A stretch of 64,000 nucleotides of DNA from Octopus sinensis. Its lineage: Eukaryota. Shown one piece after another: positions 24,651-37,074 of the stretch. The first letter of the stretch is position 1, and each line of letters opens with the position of its first letter. A program made the translations under genes and the position numbers. Where the stretch lies: positions 192,696,001 to 192,760,000 of the forward strand of contig NC_042998.1 of NCBI RefSeq assembly GCF_006345805.1. Reading direction: 5' to 3'. Under the pieces are notes generated by a model. The model was given only the letters and a program-made list of their open reading frames with translations, ran no database searches and was not told the origin of the DNA.

Positions 24651-25166
24651 TGCACCCTTGATGTTCTAACACATTGTTTTCTATTTAAATGTATCTTGTC
24701 GCTTTCCTTATTTAATGCATCCGTCTTCTTCCTAGCAGCAGATATTTCGCCTGTCTTCTTCTGACTTATTACATACATTAACTTCTTCCACTCAGCACCA
24801 ACAAATGCACGCACATATTCCCTCTCTTCCTGTCCGGTCCTAGCATTTCGTTATTCTATATCCCTTACCTCAACTCTATCTAATCCTCCTTTTCGTCTCG
24901 ATTCTACTTCTTATTTTTCTTCTATTATATCTGCTTGCTTTTCTTATCTTTCTCACGCATCGGCCTTGCCTGTTATTTTTCCTTCATTCTCCTCCATCAT
25001 AATTTCATTTTACCTTCTCTTTCGCACATTTCTAGTTTGCTTTTTTTTCTTCTTCCCCCCTCTTTTCTTTCGCTCCTTATTTTCCATAACATCTAATGCC
25101 TACTCTGTGTAAACCGTCCGACACTAGTTGCACATCTCTTTTTCACATGGCTGTGTGCGCGACAAC

Positions 25167-25366
25167 ATGACGTCCGTAAGATTTTTCGCCGAGTTAGCTG
25201 CAACTACTGCAGGACCTGCAAGCAATGCTCTCAGTACTCGACGTGCTTCAATAGCAGCCAGGAGGGCCTCTGAAGTAATCGGTGAAGGAGGATTTGAACA
25301 CCCTATACATCACTCAAGTTACTCAACTTCCTACTTGTCTGCTTTTGATGACGTCTCCAGTAATTT
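25167..25366 (+). CDS. Probable first coding exon of an unidentified host gene
   Basis: ACAACATGA start (A at -3); MTSVRFFAELAATTAGPASNALSTRRASIAARRASEVIGEGGFEHPIHHSSYSTSYLSAFDDVSSN; canonical GTAAGT donor at 25367, phase 2; raised GC in a repeat-free region. Confidence 0.55.
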
Positions 25367-25578
25367 GTAAGTATCCAACAGATGCACCAATAAGTTTATA
25401 AGTGCGCTGCAACAAAGTTTGACATTTTTTTGATTGTCATTTTATTCCCCCCTAGTTCTAAACTCCCTCAAAAGTTTAATAATTTAAAACGCTTTAGATT
25501 ACTTAATCTATATTCACTTTTATATATGTCTAGATAACGATAAGATTGCGTTTCTGCGTGTAATATGTGCGCATGTGG

Positions 25579-25624
<46 letters not shown>

Positions 25625-26212
25625 GTATTTATGTATGTATGTATGTATATGTATGTATGTTGCATGCGATTCTTTTTTTTTATTTTGAACAATCGCTTTA
25701 TTTTGTAAACCGATACTGTAATGAAAAAAAAAAAATTCTTTTTAACTTTTTATCGATCGAAATATTCACCTAAAGTAAAAAGTAAGAGAAAAAAAATGTT
25801 AGTTTGTCAATATTTTGCTCTTGTTTTAATGATAATCAAATTAGCGATGTTTATAAAAATCTTCTGATTAAAGAAAAGCAAAAATAAATATTTATATATA
25901 AAAAAAAAAAAAATTATGACCAAAACTTGAAAGAGTTTCTGCTTTGAAACTTGTTTCCTCAATAAAGAAACTGTAACAAAATACATATGTATTTTGCTAT
26001 TGATGTAACTATAGAGAATGTTGAGTGTCTTTCTGCTTGATTTTCTTTTCTATTTCTCTTTCTCTTTCTTTTTTGCGTCAATATCCGTGCAAAATATCAA
26101 AATGAAATAACTCTAGCTATGAATATTCTTCTTAACCGATCACAGTGTGTACAAGAAGGAATATAGATGTATCGATGTTATTAAAATGTCTTTAAAAGAT
26201 GAAGTAAAAACG

Positions 26213-26256
<44 letters not shown>

Positions 26257-26688
26257 CCCCCAGAAAAATGCTGAAAATAGAAGTGGAAAGGAAAGGTGTC
26301 TAATAATATATAATTCGATCGGTAAAAATAATAACGAACAAAAAACGAAGGGAAATCAGTGTGTTAACAGGTAAGTTTGTTTGACGGTGAAATAGTTTGT
26401 AAATAACAACAAAATACATCGTGTAAAGGGGGCCGTGTTAACCCTCTTTTTGTGTTTTTGATTTGAACTGAGTTCTGTAATTACCACGTTGTTGAGAAGG
26501 AAGCGAGTTATTATAACCTCTTCCAGTTCGGTTTATCTATGCATTTAGTCAATGTTTGTATGCACGTGCTGATTATTTATTTGCAAGTGTTCTCTTTGTA
26601 GTTGCAAAATTACCGGAAGCCAATATATTGCATGCACTCTGCTTTCCACTCCTCCCATTTTCCCTATCACATGTGAATGCATGAAACA

Positions 26689-26939
26689 ATTATTATTATT
26701 ATTGAGTGAGCGAGCAGAGCATGTCTTGTCTTGGTATAAAAGATGGGCTACAGCAAATATTCTGCTCAATACCACAGATTTGCTTGTCAGTTGTTTGACC
26801 TTAACCAGTTGAGCATGTCCCTTAGTGGCTGACGATATGTGCATCTCTGATCACGAGCAGAAGTAGTGGGGGAGCATCATAGCCATGTGTTGAGAAGGAT
26901 TCTTTGGGGTTTGAATAATTCACCTCTGGAAACATGGGT
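26689..26939. mobile_element. R4-like UTR insertion with inversion
   Basis: (ATT)n plus reverse 3' terminus 26704-26723, fused to forward internal segment 26724-26939. Confidence 0.7.
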
Positions 26940-27734
26940 ATTGTTATTATTATTTGTAGTGGTAGCATCTTAGTTTTACAGTAACTGTCCATTCGTTAAA
27001 ACCCCTATTCAAATGCCTTTTTATTATCATTCCATTGTCCAATTGTATTATTGCATAATTCAGAACCTGGATCCTGTAGCAGTTCTTATCGATCATTATT
27101 CAGTTGAACAGATTTCTGAAGCATTCAATTCCAGCCAAATGTTCCCCTTCTAAGTTCCCTTTTCATTGGCGCATTTTAATCTGGTGGCATCGTTCCTTTC
27201 TCTTCAATATTTTGACTCCAATTTAATACTCATTCGAATCAGTAACCCTGAAAGATTAAAAGTTTGGACAATGTCTCAATGTTAATAGATCTTTCATTTC
27301 AGAATCTTAAAAAAAAAAAAAAACCCAAAAAAAAAAACACACAACACAAAATGTAGAACTGTAAATAGTCTATTCTTAGATTCCACTATGCAGTTTTCAT
27401 TTTGGAATAAACGGGAACGATGCCAGGGGTGGCGGGTACAGCTTCAATTTTAAGAGGATGGCTGCGAACATGGTTAAAAGTAAAGAATCAATTAGTGATT
27501 GAGCTCTCTATGAAGTCCAACAGCATCTTGAGAGTGACAGCTGCATCTCTAACCGAAGACACAGTGAACTGTTAATCAATACTGCATACGTTTACTATAA
27601 CCAAAAGGTGCACAACAAATTTTATAGAATTTTGCTGTGTCTTAATCTCTAATACTACTACTACTACTACTACTACGTGGATTCAATAAAGAAAGCTTAT
27701 ATGATCACCATAAAAGTAGTGGTTATGTTTTGTT

Positions 27735-28128
27735 ACTCTTTACTTGTTTCAGTCATTTGACTGCGGCCATGCTGGAGCACCGCCTTTAGTCGAGCAAATC
27801 GACCCCGGGACTTATTCTTTTGTAAGCCCAGTACTTATTCTATCGGTCTCTTTTGCCGAAACGCTAAGTGACGGGGATGTAAACACACCAGCATTGGTTG
27901 TCAAGCAATGCTAGGGGGACAAACACAGACACACACACACATATATATATATATACACATATATACGACAGGCTTCTTTCAGTTTCCGTCTACCAAATCC
28001 ACTCACAAGGCTTTGGTTGGTCCGAGGCTATAGTAGAAGACACATGCCCAAGATGCCACGCAGTGGGACTGAACCCGGAACCATGTGGTTGGTTAGCAAG
28101 CTACTTACCACACAGCCACTCCTGCGCC
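27735..28128 (-). mobile_element. SINE-A, full length
   Basis: Family match from tail to GGCGCAGGAGTGGCTGTGTGG head. Confidence 0.9.
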
Positions 28129-28689
28129 TGTTACTTCAAAATTTTATTCACTTTTACGGTCTGAGTCGGTAATTGAACAGGAACTAGTTACATGTAAATG
28201 TTGATACAGATTGCTCCAACCTTTATTTCTTTATATTAGTCTACTAAACTGATAAAGTTTGATTGTACGACTATATCAAAATGCAAGGATGCCACAGAGA
28301 ATCATCATTTTGTTACATAATAATAATCATAAGAAATGGAAGACTCGATCTAGCTACCAAATATCTTTGTGATTATGTCCTTTGATAAATTAGCTTGCTA
28401 ATGTAATCTATTATTGACTTGTAAGAGAATCTGTTGGGAGTTAAAGTAGCAGTTATGTCTAAATCATTTTAAATACATCATTCACCCATACTTGTTGATG
28501 TCATATTTTCTGGGATTTTGTGTATTTTTAGTCTTTTTTCCATTATCAGGTGCTATGTATAAGTACATGATAAATGCTCGTTATGTGATCAGTTCTCCAA
28601 GCATTGGATATGCAGTGCAAATTCCAGTAGAAGCCTATTAGATGCCCTCCCCACCATGTGGAGATTAAACCACTGGAAATATGGTTTAC

Positions 28690-28910
28690 AAACGAAAATA
28701 AAGAATTTAGGCATGAGGCCAGCAATTTTGGGGAAGGGTAAGTTGATTACATTGACTTCAGTGCTCCACTGGTATTTATTATTATCAACCCCCAAAAGGA
28801 TAAAAGGCAAAGTCGAACTTGGTGGAATTTGAACTCAGAGTGTAAAGATGGACAAAATGTCACTGAGCATTTTGCCCCGTGTGCTAATGATTCTGCCAGC
28901 TCTCTGCCTT
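28690..28910 (-). mobile_element. SINE-B variant b, diverged
   Basis: Head, B-box and core recognisable. Confidence 0.75.
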
Positions 28911-28951
28911 AATGTAATCTATAATATTAAGTTCACAAATACAAAAGTATT

Positions 28952-29248
28952 TATCACGTGATCACGTGACCGACCAGACTATCAGATGTTGTTACACATC
29001 GCTGGTCACAATGCGTTTGCATTGTTTTTAGCCTTCGAATGACGCCACCCCGCTGGCTAAGCGAGCAGGCCAACAGAGGAAAGAGTGGTGAAAGAGTACA
29101 GCAGGGATCACCACCCCCTGCCGGAGCCTCGTGGAGCTTTTAGGTGTTTTCACTCAATAAACACTCACAATGCCCGGTCTGGGAATCGAAACCGCAATCC
29201 TGCGACTGCGAGTCCGCTGCCCTAACCACTAGGCCATTGCGCCTCCAC
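28952..29248 (-). mobile_element. SINE-C with tail type 3
   Basis: Same head; tail ends GTCTGGTCGGTCACGTGATCACGTGATA; matches 38660-38930. Confidence 0.85.
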
Positions 29249-29636
29249 TTATTGTTTATAGTGGCAGTCAAAGCATGAGTGTCAGTTAACCTTGAAATTA
29301 GTTTCCAAAGTTCCAGTACTGATAATTGTGAATCTTTACTGAAATAATTTGAAATGATACCAAGCTGCCATGTTTGATGAACAGCTACATAAGTTTTGTA
29401 AATCTATATTGAAAACTTATCAATTTCTACTGAAAAGTTTTAAGTAGAAGTTAGTTGCTGCTTATGGCTTCTTGCTGAGGTCTCCAGCATCTATTTTTAT
29501 CATTAGAATCCTTTCCGAAGTTGAATCATAACCAAATTACAATGAGAATCCATATATATTGGTTTCCATGACAGATTTCCTATTTTCTGAAAACTTCAAC
29601 TTAGATGGAGTACTTTTATAGAGATAGCCTATCTCT

Positions 29637-29638
<2 letters not shown>

Positions 29639-29668
<30 letters not shown>

Positions 29669-30110
29669 AGTTTAATGTCCATTTTCCATGCTTGCATGGG
29701 TTGGACGGTTCGACTGGGGTCTGGGAAGCCAGGAGGCTGCACCAGGCTCCAGTCTGATCTGGCAGTGTTTCTACAGCTGGATGCCCTTCCTAACACCAAC
29801 CACTCCATGAGTGTAGTGGGTGCTTTTTACGTGCCAGGGGAGGCTGGCAACGGCCCCGATCGGTTGATGCTTTTTACGTGCCACCGGCACGAAAGCCAGT
29901 CAAGGTGGTGCTGGCATCGGCCACGTACGGATGGTGCTTTTTATGTGCCACCGGCACAGGTATCACAACTACAATTTCCATTTGATTTTTTGATGTTGAT
30001 GTACTTGACTCAATAGGTCTCCTCAAGCACAGCAGGTCGCCCTACGATCCAAGGTTAACACAGCAGGCCGTCCTGCTATCCAAGGCACTTTAGAAAGGCT
30101 GGGGCTTCTA
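29639..30110 (-). mobile_element. RTE LINE 3' UTR family (U)
   Basis: (CAT)n tail plus TTTAATGTCC..CCATGCTTGCATGGGTTGGACG..GGATGCCCTTCCTAAC. Confidence 0.85.
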
Positions 30111-30280
30111 TGTGAAGCTGGTGCAGGAAACAGCCATGAACTCACATTATTTGTCGGGTCTTCGAGGAAATGAAACAAATTATGAAAAGTACAACAATAC
30201 CACTTGGAGTGAAACAGTCAAAATACTCTTCAACACTCCAAACTGCTTTTGTTTAATATACTAAACTAAAACTATATAGC

Positions 30281-30905
30281 TTAACCCTTTAGCATTTAAA
30301 CTGACCATATCCGGCCAAAATATTCTATCTGTGTAATGTTCAAACCAGCTAGATCAGGCCTGTCACACCTACCTTATAATGTCATTCTAAAAATATATAA
30401 TCACATTAGAATCATGAAGCTATGAGGTAATGCACGATTAATTCAAAACTATGTGAATAAGTATTACAGGTGTGGCTGTGTGGTAAGTAGCTTGCTTACC
30501 AACCACATGGTTCCCGTGTTCAGTCCCACTGCGTGGCACCTTGGGCAAGTGTCTTCTACTATAGCCTTGGGCCAACCAAAGCCTTGTGAGTGGATTTGGT
30601 AGACAGAAACTGAAAGAAGCCCGTCATATATGTATATATATATATATGTATGTATGTGTGTGCATATGTTTGTGTGTCTGTGTTTGTACTCCCAACATCG
30701 CTTGACAACCGATGCTGGTGTGTTTACATCCCCTTAACTTAACGGTTCGGCAAATGAGACCGATAGAATTACTAGGCATACAATGAATAAGTCCTGGGGT
30801 CAATTTGCTCGACTAAAGGCGATGCTCCAGCATGGCCACAGTCAAATGACTGAAACAAGTAAAAGAGTAAAAAAGTAAAGAGTGATCTGAATGCAAAAGG
30901 GTTAC
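30281..30905. mobile_element. piggyBac-like MITE P1 interrupted by SINE-A (30466-30882, +)
   Basis: TTAA-CCCTTTAGCATT start, CTGAATGCAAAAGGG-TTAC end; matches 34933 and 47315 copies. Confidence 0.75.
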
Positions 30906-31333
30906 ATTTTTTTTAAGGTGAGGTAAGGCATAGAGATTAGCTAGAAAGGTAGAGTTTAATCACTAAACAAGGTGTTTGCAAATATTTAGGTGTGCAACGA
31001 ACTTTAGTTAGGATTTAGTATGTTTTTTTTTGTAAGAATGTCTTAAATAATGAGAATGCATTATTTTTAACTTTAGCAAACCTGAAAACAAAAATAAGTT
31101 ATTTTAAACATTTTATACTATTTACTCTTGCTTGTTATTAAATCGGGGTGTAGCAGAGAAATCTAGTGGCTTCCTTCATTGGTTATCTTTCTTGACACTT
31201 CAAATTCAATATTCTATTATTAAAGTTGTTCAAATGTTGTTGAACAGATGGTGATCAGCATTGCTAACAATAATTATCTTTATAATCTTCATCTTTACCA
31301 TCAGTAGTTTTTCAACTGTCTTTCCAAAGACAT

Positions 31334-31367
<34 letters not shown>

Positions 31368-31597
31368 CTGTTTTCTGAAAATTATTTAATTTCTCTACTG
31401 AAGAACTACAGTAAATAAATGGATCAAGATTAACACCAGTTAATTATAATATATTAGTTAAGGCTTTGTACCTGTAGATTGAAAGCTGAGCTTAACCTGA
31501 AAAACTTTTTATACATAACAGTGGGAGTTAGATAAAGAAAAAATAATCAGCTTGAAACATCGAAGTTGGTGGCATTGTAATAGATGGATTAAGTGAA

Positions 31598-31829
31598 AGC
31601 AGGGAGTTGGCAGAAATGTTAGCACGCCGGGAAAAATTCTTGGCGATATTTTGTTTGCTGTTATGTTCTGAGTTTAAATTCCTCCGAGGTCGATTTTGCC
31701 TTTCATCCTTTCGGGGTCGATAAATTAAGTACCAGTTACGCACTGGAGTCGATGTCATTGACTTAACCCCTTTGTCTGTCCTTGTTTGTCCCCTCTATGT
31801 TTAGCCCCCTGTGGGCAATAAAGAAATAA
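31598..31829 (+). mobile_element. SINE-B monomer
   Basis: Family match. Confidence 0.9.
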
Positions 31830-32043
31830 GATGGATTAAGTGTTGGCACTTGTAGTATTAAATAATTTCAATTGAGAACCAAATTTACATATTGTAATTA
31901 ATACGCCACCGATTGGATCTCTTAGACCATCAGATACTGTATGAAAATTAAACATGCTGTAGCAGGGGAAAAGCTGGGAAGTCTGAATAATTTAAAGTCA
32001 CATAAAAAGATAAGAGTAAAATGAGGTTTCATTTTATCCCCAG

Positions 32044-32138
32044 TGAATAAGATTAGACCAAAGGAATTCAGGCAGCAACAGGAGAGTGTTCAAAAATTAA
32101 CATCTGCTTCACACAAATTAGAAACCAATTCGATAACG
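32044..32138 (+). CDS. Weak candidate internal exon
   Basis: Acceptor TTTCATTTTATCCCCAG, open frame NKIRPKEFRQQQESVQKLTSASHKLETNSIT, donor GTAAAA; phase-1 entry does not join 25366 directly. Confidence 0.2.
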
Positions 32139-32871
32139 GTAAAAAGAAAAAAAAAGTTGGGGAAATTAAAAGAAGAAGGGTTCTTTTCTCTATTGACTCA
32201 ATATCAATTCTTAGATAACAAAGGCCAAAAAACTTTTGAATTGAAAGGTAATAACTTTAAATGAACACCTCGGAGATAATGATGTCTAAATTCTGACAAG
32301 AAAGTAGATTTGTAAAGCCTTCCTTCAATATTGTCTTATCACTTATTTTCAAGAATTGCAGCTGTAAAACTGAAATAAGCAAACAAAAAGCCTTCTGTAA
32401 CTTTCACCAAGGCTAATTTTGCAAAGATCTAGGTTAAAATAAACATTAATAAACAAAATAGATAAAATGTGTTTCTATCGTGCTTATAGCTATATATTGA
32501 TACATGATCTGCTGAATAACATTGATTGTCAATATTGAAACATGATGTTGGCATAGATTTTTAAAAATTATTATAGATGGACGGATATTAACTAAAATGA
32601 ATTTTTTGTAATAATGTGTGTTACAAAATATGACATGTACAAATAGTCTACAGTATAGACATCCTTCAAAAGTGGTGACAAAATTGGACGCATTTTACAA
32701 AATAGTACGGAAATTTTGATACAAAGGACCGAAAAGTAAGTTTAATACTAGTTTTAAGTAACTTACACAGATATGTTTGCATAGATAGGAAAACTGAAAA
32801 AATCTTGAACAAGATTTTCTAGTAAAAGGGGAAGGAAACAAGTTAACAAATATAATATATATGGATATATT

Positions 32872-33274
32872 TACTCTTTTACTTGTTTCAGTCATTTTGA
32901 CTGCGGCCATGCTGGAGCACTGCCTTTAGTCGAGCAAATCGACCCCGGGACTTATTCTTTGTAAGCCCAGTACTTATTCTATCGGTCTCTTTTGCTGAAC
33001 TGCTAAGTGACAGGGATGTAAACACACCAGCATCGGTTGTCAACCAATGCTAGGGGGACAAACACAGATACACAAACACACACACACACACATACACATA
33101 TATATATATACATATACGACAGGCTTCTTTCAGTTTCCGTCTACCAAATCCACTCACAAGGCATTGGTCGGCCCGGGGCTATAGCAGAAGACACTTGCCC
33201 AAGATGCCAGGCAGTGGGACTAAACCCGGAACCATGTGGTTGGTTAGCAAGTTACTTACCACACAGCCACTCCT
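32872..33274 (-). mobile_element. SINE-A
   Basis: Family match. Confidence 0.9.
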
Positions 33275-33275
33275 G

Positions 33276-33860
33276 TTAACAATTTACGTTTATATATTTG
33301 TTTTGCAAGATTTTTGATGTGAAAGCGTGTGTTGAAACAGATGTTGTATTTAGGAATAGTCATTTTGCCAGTTTAGCCAATAAAAAAACACACGCACTAT
33401 ATATTTGGTGTTACTTTGCTTCAGGGTTATTTATTTTTTATATTAATCTTAATCTTATTTCAGCCAGACTTGTTTTGTCACACTCCTTTTACATCATCGG
33501 TGGTCCTTTGCTTTCTTCTTTCTTATTTGTGTGTCTCTCCTTACCAACGGTCAGCGATTTTGTATTTCGTATTTCTATTGTATGTGTCTTCATTTGCGCA
33601 TGCGTATATCTCTATGTGCGTCTATGTTTAGTTAGTGTGTGTGTGTGTTTGGGGGGGGGGGGGGTGGATGCCTGTAATATTTGTATCTCCTGTTTATATG
33701 CGGTCACAGGAGTATGACGAAAGAATTCTGGCCGAAATAAGATTAAGATTAATGTAAAAAATAAATAACGCTGAAGCAAAGTAACACCAAATATATAGTG
33801 CGTGTGTTTTTTTATTGGCTAAACTGGCAAAATGACCCTTCCTAAATACAACAATATTTG
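33276..33860. mobile_element. PLE-like 5' module in inverted duplication (arms about 33340-33487 and 33708-33855)
   Basis: Minus arm encodes MTIPKYNICFNTRFHIKNLAKQIYKR, homologous to the 56-57 kb unit; plus arm encodes MTLPKYNNIC. Confidence 0.65.
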
Positions 33861-33969
33861 TTAAAAATATTAACATGAAATATGTCTCGTCTCTTAGATT
33901 TACACATGTGTATATCTACAGGCATGCATACATGTATGAATGTATACATATATTTCTCATGCACATATT

Positions 33970-34369
33970 TTTATATATAAAAGTGAAGTTGTGTGTCTGT
34001 CTCCTACGATTTAGATTCCTAACTACTCCCACATTTTGCGGTGCAGTTTAACCAAAACCGAGTATCTTATAGTCGTGATTCATATCGAGCCCTTCTGGGT
34101 ATTAGCGCGCGTCTACGATGAGTCTACGATTTAAAAAAAAATTTACCAGCATTTTTTTTCCATTTTAATGCATTTTTTTTTCGCTATTATATTAGGGAAG
34201 TAACTCTCTAAAAATGTCTACGATGAGTCAACGATTTAAAAAAAAATTTACCATAATTTTTTTCCCATTTTTAATGCATTTTTTTGCTATTTTTTGGCTA
34301 TAACTCACTAAAAATGCTTATATAGTTATTTCCCTTACAAACCCGAGCAATGCCGGGCGATACTGCTAG
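33970..34369 (+). mobile_element. Non-autonomous Helitron family H2
   Basis: 5' TATATATAAAA, 3' hairpin CCCGAGCAATGCCGGG then CTAG-T; internal ~100 bp tandem duplication. Confidence 0.75.
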
Positions 34370-34932
34370 TGTAATATAAACATCAATTATTTATAAAATA
34401 CAATGTGTTTCTTTCTTAAATTTCTCCCTTAAATTTGTATTGTTAGCTCATAAAACCCGTTAGCAAAATATGAGCTTCAGAACACTTAGTTTTGTTGCCA
34501 CTGCTGCTGAAAGTATATTTTATTCCAGCCTTTACGATCACTATGGCAACTATTACTGATGCAGTTTCCATGACTAGACTTGGGTAGCAGTATAATAGAT
34601 TCATAGTAGAAGAAATACAAATAAATAAATATATAACTTCAACAATAATTATCAAGATACTTTTTCACACACCCATCAACATACTTAAGTCGGGTATCAT
34701 CGCTGTATAAGAAGCATGTCTGATGACAGGCTTAAAGTCCACTTGAAACAAATTAAAATAATTGATTCAAGCTACTATTATAGCTAAGAACTAACAGATG
34801 TAAAGTTTGAATGATACATGTTCAAGAGTCTGTGCATGTATAAATCGAGTGGGTTAAAAACTACAGGATAAAAATGGTGCGGGAGTTAGTCTTTGTTTCA
34901 TAGTCATTGGTTACCATCATTTTAATCGACCC

Positions 34933-35163
34933 TTAGCCCTTTAGCGTTCAAACCGGCCGTGTCCGGCCAAAATATTTAACCTGTTTTATATTGAAACTGA
35001 CCAGATCTCGCCTCTCACCTCAGCCCTACCATGTCATTCTAAAACTAAAAAATCACGTCACTGAAATTTCTAAATTACAAGATAAATGCATGATTAATTC
35101 AAACCATTTTAAATTAAAAAAAACATCACATTTGACAGAATAACCTGAACACTAAAGGGTTAA
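34933..35163. mobile_element. piggyBac-like MITE P1
   Basis: TTAG-CCCTTTAGCG ... ACTAAAGGG-TTAA. Confidence 0.8.
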
Positions 35164-35654
35164 GCAAGACACATAACTATACTTGCCAATTCAACCCAAT
35201 CTAATTAAAAAAAAAAAAATGAAAAAAATAAGTGCCGTCATTTGTTCGTCTGTTGAAGTGAAGGAATCAAAGCAGCACCTGCGGTAGAATAGAACCATGT
35301 GACCCAGTTAATATTAGAGAAATATCAAATTCTGTACCTTCTCTCAATTAGATCATCATGATGAGGTAAGAGGAATATTATTGCAAATGTGCAATCCAGA
35401 TTTGCTAAAAGCATCTGCATATATTTCGAATCTGTTGATACAGATGACCTAATTATAGCATATTTTAAATGCATGAGTACATATTCATTTAAAAAATTGT
35501 TACTTGCGGCTGGTAGATGCCATAATTGATAGAGCATGGAACAAAATACTTTGAGCTATTTTGTTTCACCTGCTGAGCATCTCGGTTCAAATTCCATCCT
35601 GGTTGACTTTATTCTGAGGACTGTAATATAAGTACTAGAGTCAGTGTAAACAAC

Positions 35655-36062
35655 TTCATTGTTCAACGTCCGCTTTCCATGCTAGCATGGGTTGGACGAT
35701 TTTGACTGAGGGCTGGTGAGCCAGATGGCTGCACCAGGCTCCAATCTTGATCTGGTAGCATTTCTACAGCTGGATGCCCTTCCTAACGCCAAACACTCCG
35801 AGAGTGTTGTGGGTGCTTTTTACATGCCACCGGCACAGAAGCCAGTCAAGCGGGACTGGCAATGACCTCGCTCGAATCTTTTTACACATGCCATCGGTAC
35901 AGGTGCCAGTGAAGCGACGTTGGTAACAATCACGCTCAAATGGTGCCCTTGTGCGTGCCACGGGTACAGAAGCCAGTTGGCTGCTCTGGCAACGGTCACG
36001 CTCAGATGGTGCTCTTGGCACCCTACTAACACAGGCATAAGTGCCAGTAAGGCGACGATGTG
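35655..36062 (-). mobile_element. RTE 3' UTR family U
   Basis: Family match with one subrepeat unit. Confidence 0.85.
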
Positions 36063-36319
36063 TAATTTAAATTAGGTCTATGACATCTATCCATGACCAA
36101 GGCATTTAACAACTATGGATCAAACTGATTTAGCTGTAATTATCACAGGATTGTATAATTTATTGTCAGATCTATAAATTTAATATATGATGTATCGACT
36201 TCTCATGTTCAGTTTAATTTGCTCCAGACTTTGTAACCTCTCTTTTTAATTCAGTAAAGTGATAATCCCAAAATTGCAGAAATTGGTCAAAGAAAATCTT
36301 GATGATGGTGATTGGTTCT

Positions 36320-36870
36320 GATTTAGGCACAAGGTCAGCAGTTTTGAGGGTGGGGGTGGGGGGTGCTGTTGATCAAATTGACCCCAGTATTTAACTGGTA
36401 CATTATTTCATTGCCTCTGAGAGGATGAAAGACAACATTGAGCTTAGAAGATAAAAAGTTAGAGCAAATACCACAAAGCATTTTTCCACTACTTCACCGG
36501 CTCTACCAACTCATCATAATCATCGTTTAACGTCTGCTTTCCATGCTAGCATGGGTTGGACGATTTTGACTGAGGGCTGGCAAACCAGATGGCTGCACCA
36601 GGCTCCAATCTTGATCTGGCAGAGTTTCTACAGCTGGATGCCCTTCCTAATGTCAACCACTCCAAGAGCTTTAATAATAATAATAATTGTCTCAAATTTT
36701 GACATAAGACCAGCAATTTTTAAGGGTGAAGAAGATAGTTGATTGTATTAACCCCAGTAATTTGACTTGTACTTTATTTTACTGACCCTGAAAGGATCAA
36801 AGGCAAAGTTGACCTTGGTGGCATTTGAACTCGGAATGTAAAGAACTGGGATGAATGCTGCTAAATAATT
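36320..36870 (-). mobile_element. Cluster: diverged SINE-B variant b, U fragment (36517-36668), second SINE-B variant b
   Basis: Partial family matches. Confidence 0.65.
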
Positions 36871-37074
36871 ATGTCTGATGCTTATTTAGTAGATTCTAGT
36901 TAATCAGCCCATCAGATAGGTGTTTATTTGGCATTTGGTCCCCAAGAATAAAATCGGATCAAAATCGATACCTCACTATGCTTCTTCTTTTTAGAGGACA
37001 CTATAAAGTTTAATTCTGATTACTACTTAATTATCTAAGGCAACCATATCTAAAAAGTTAGTAATTAATATTGT

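Noticed and set aside
29675-30016. 113-aa ORF and similar ORFs at 53666, 59311 and 60763
   Set aside because: They lie within the non-coding RTE 3' UTR family, and the frames are not conserved between copies.
34719-34756. CTGATGA...GAAAC hammerhead-like spacing
   Set aside because: No convincing stem II or stem I pairing.
35352-35365. 14-nt AG..GTAAGA microexon candidate (also 50358-50395)
   Set aside because: Splice-like motifs only; no consistent reading frame links them to the other candidates.
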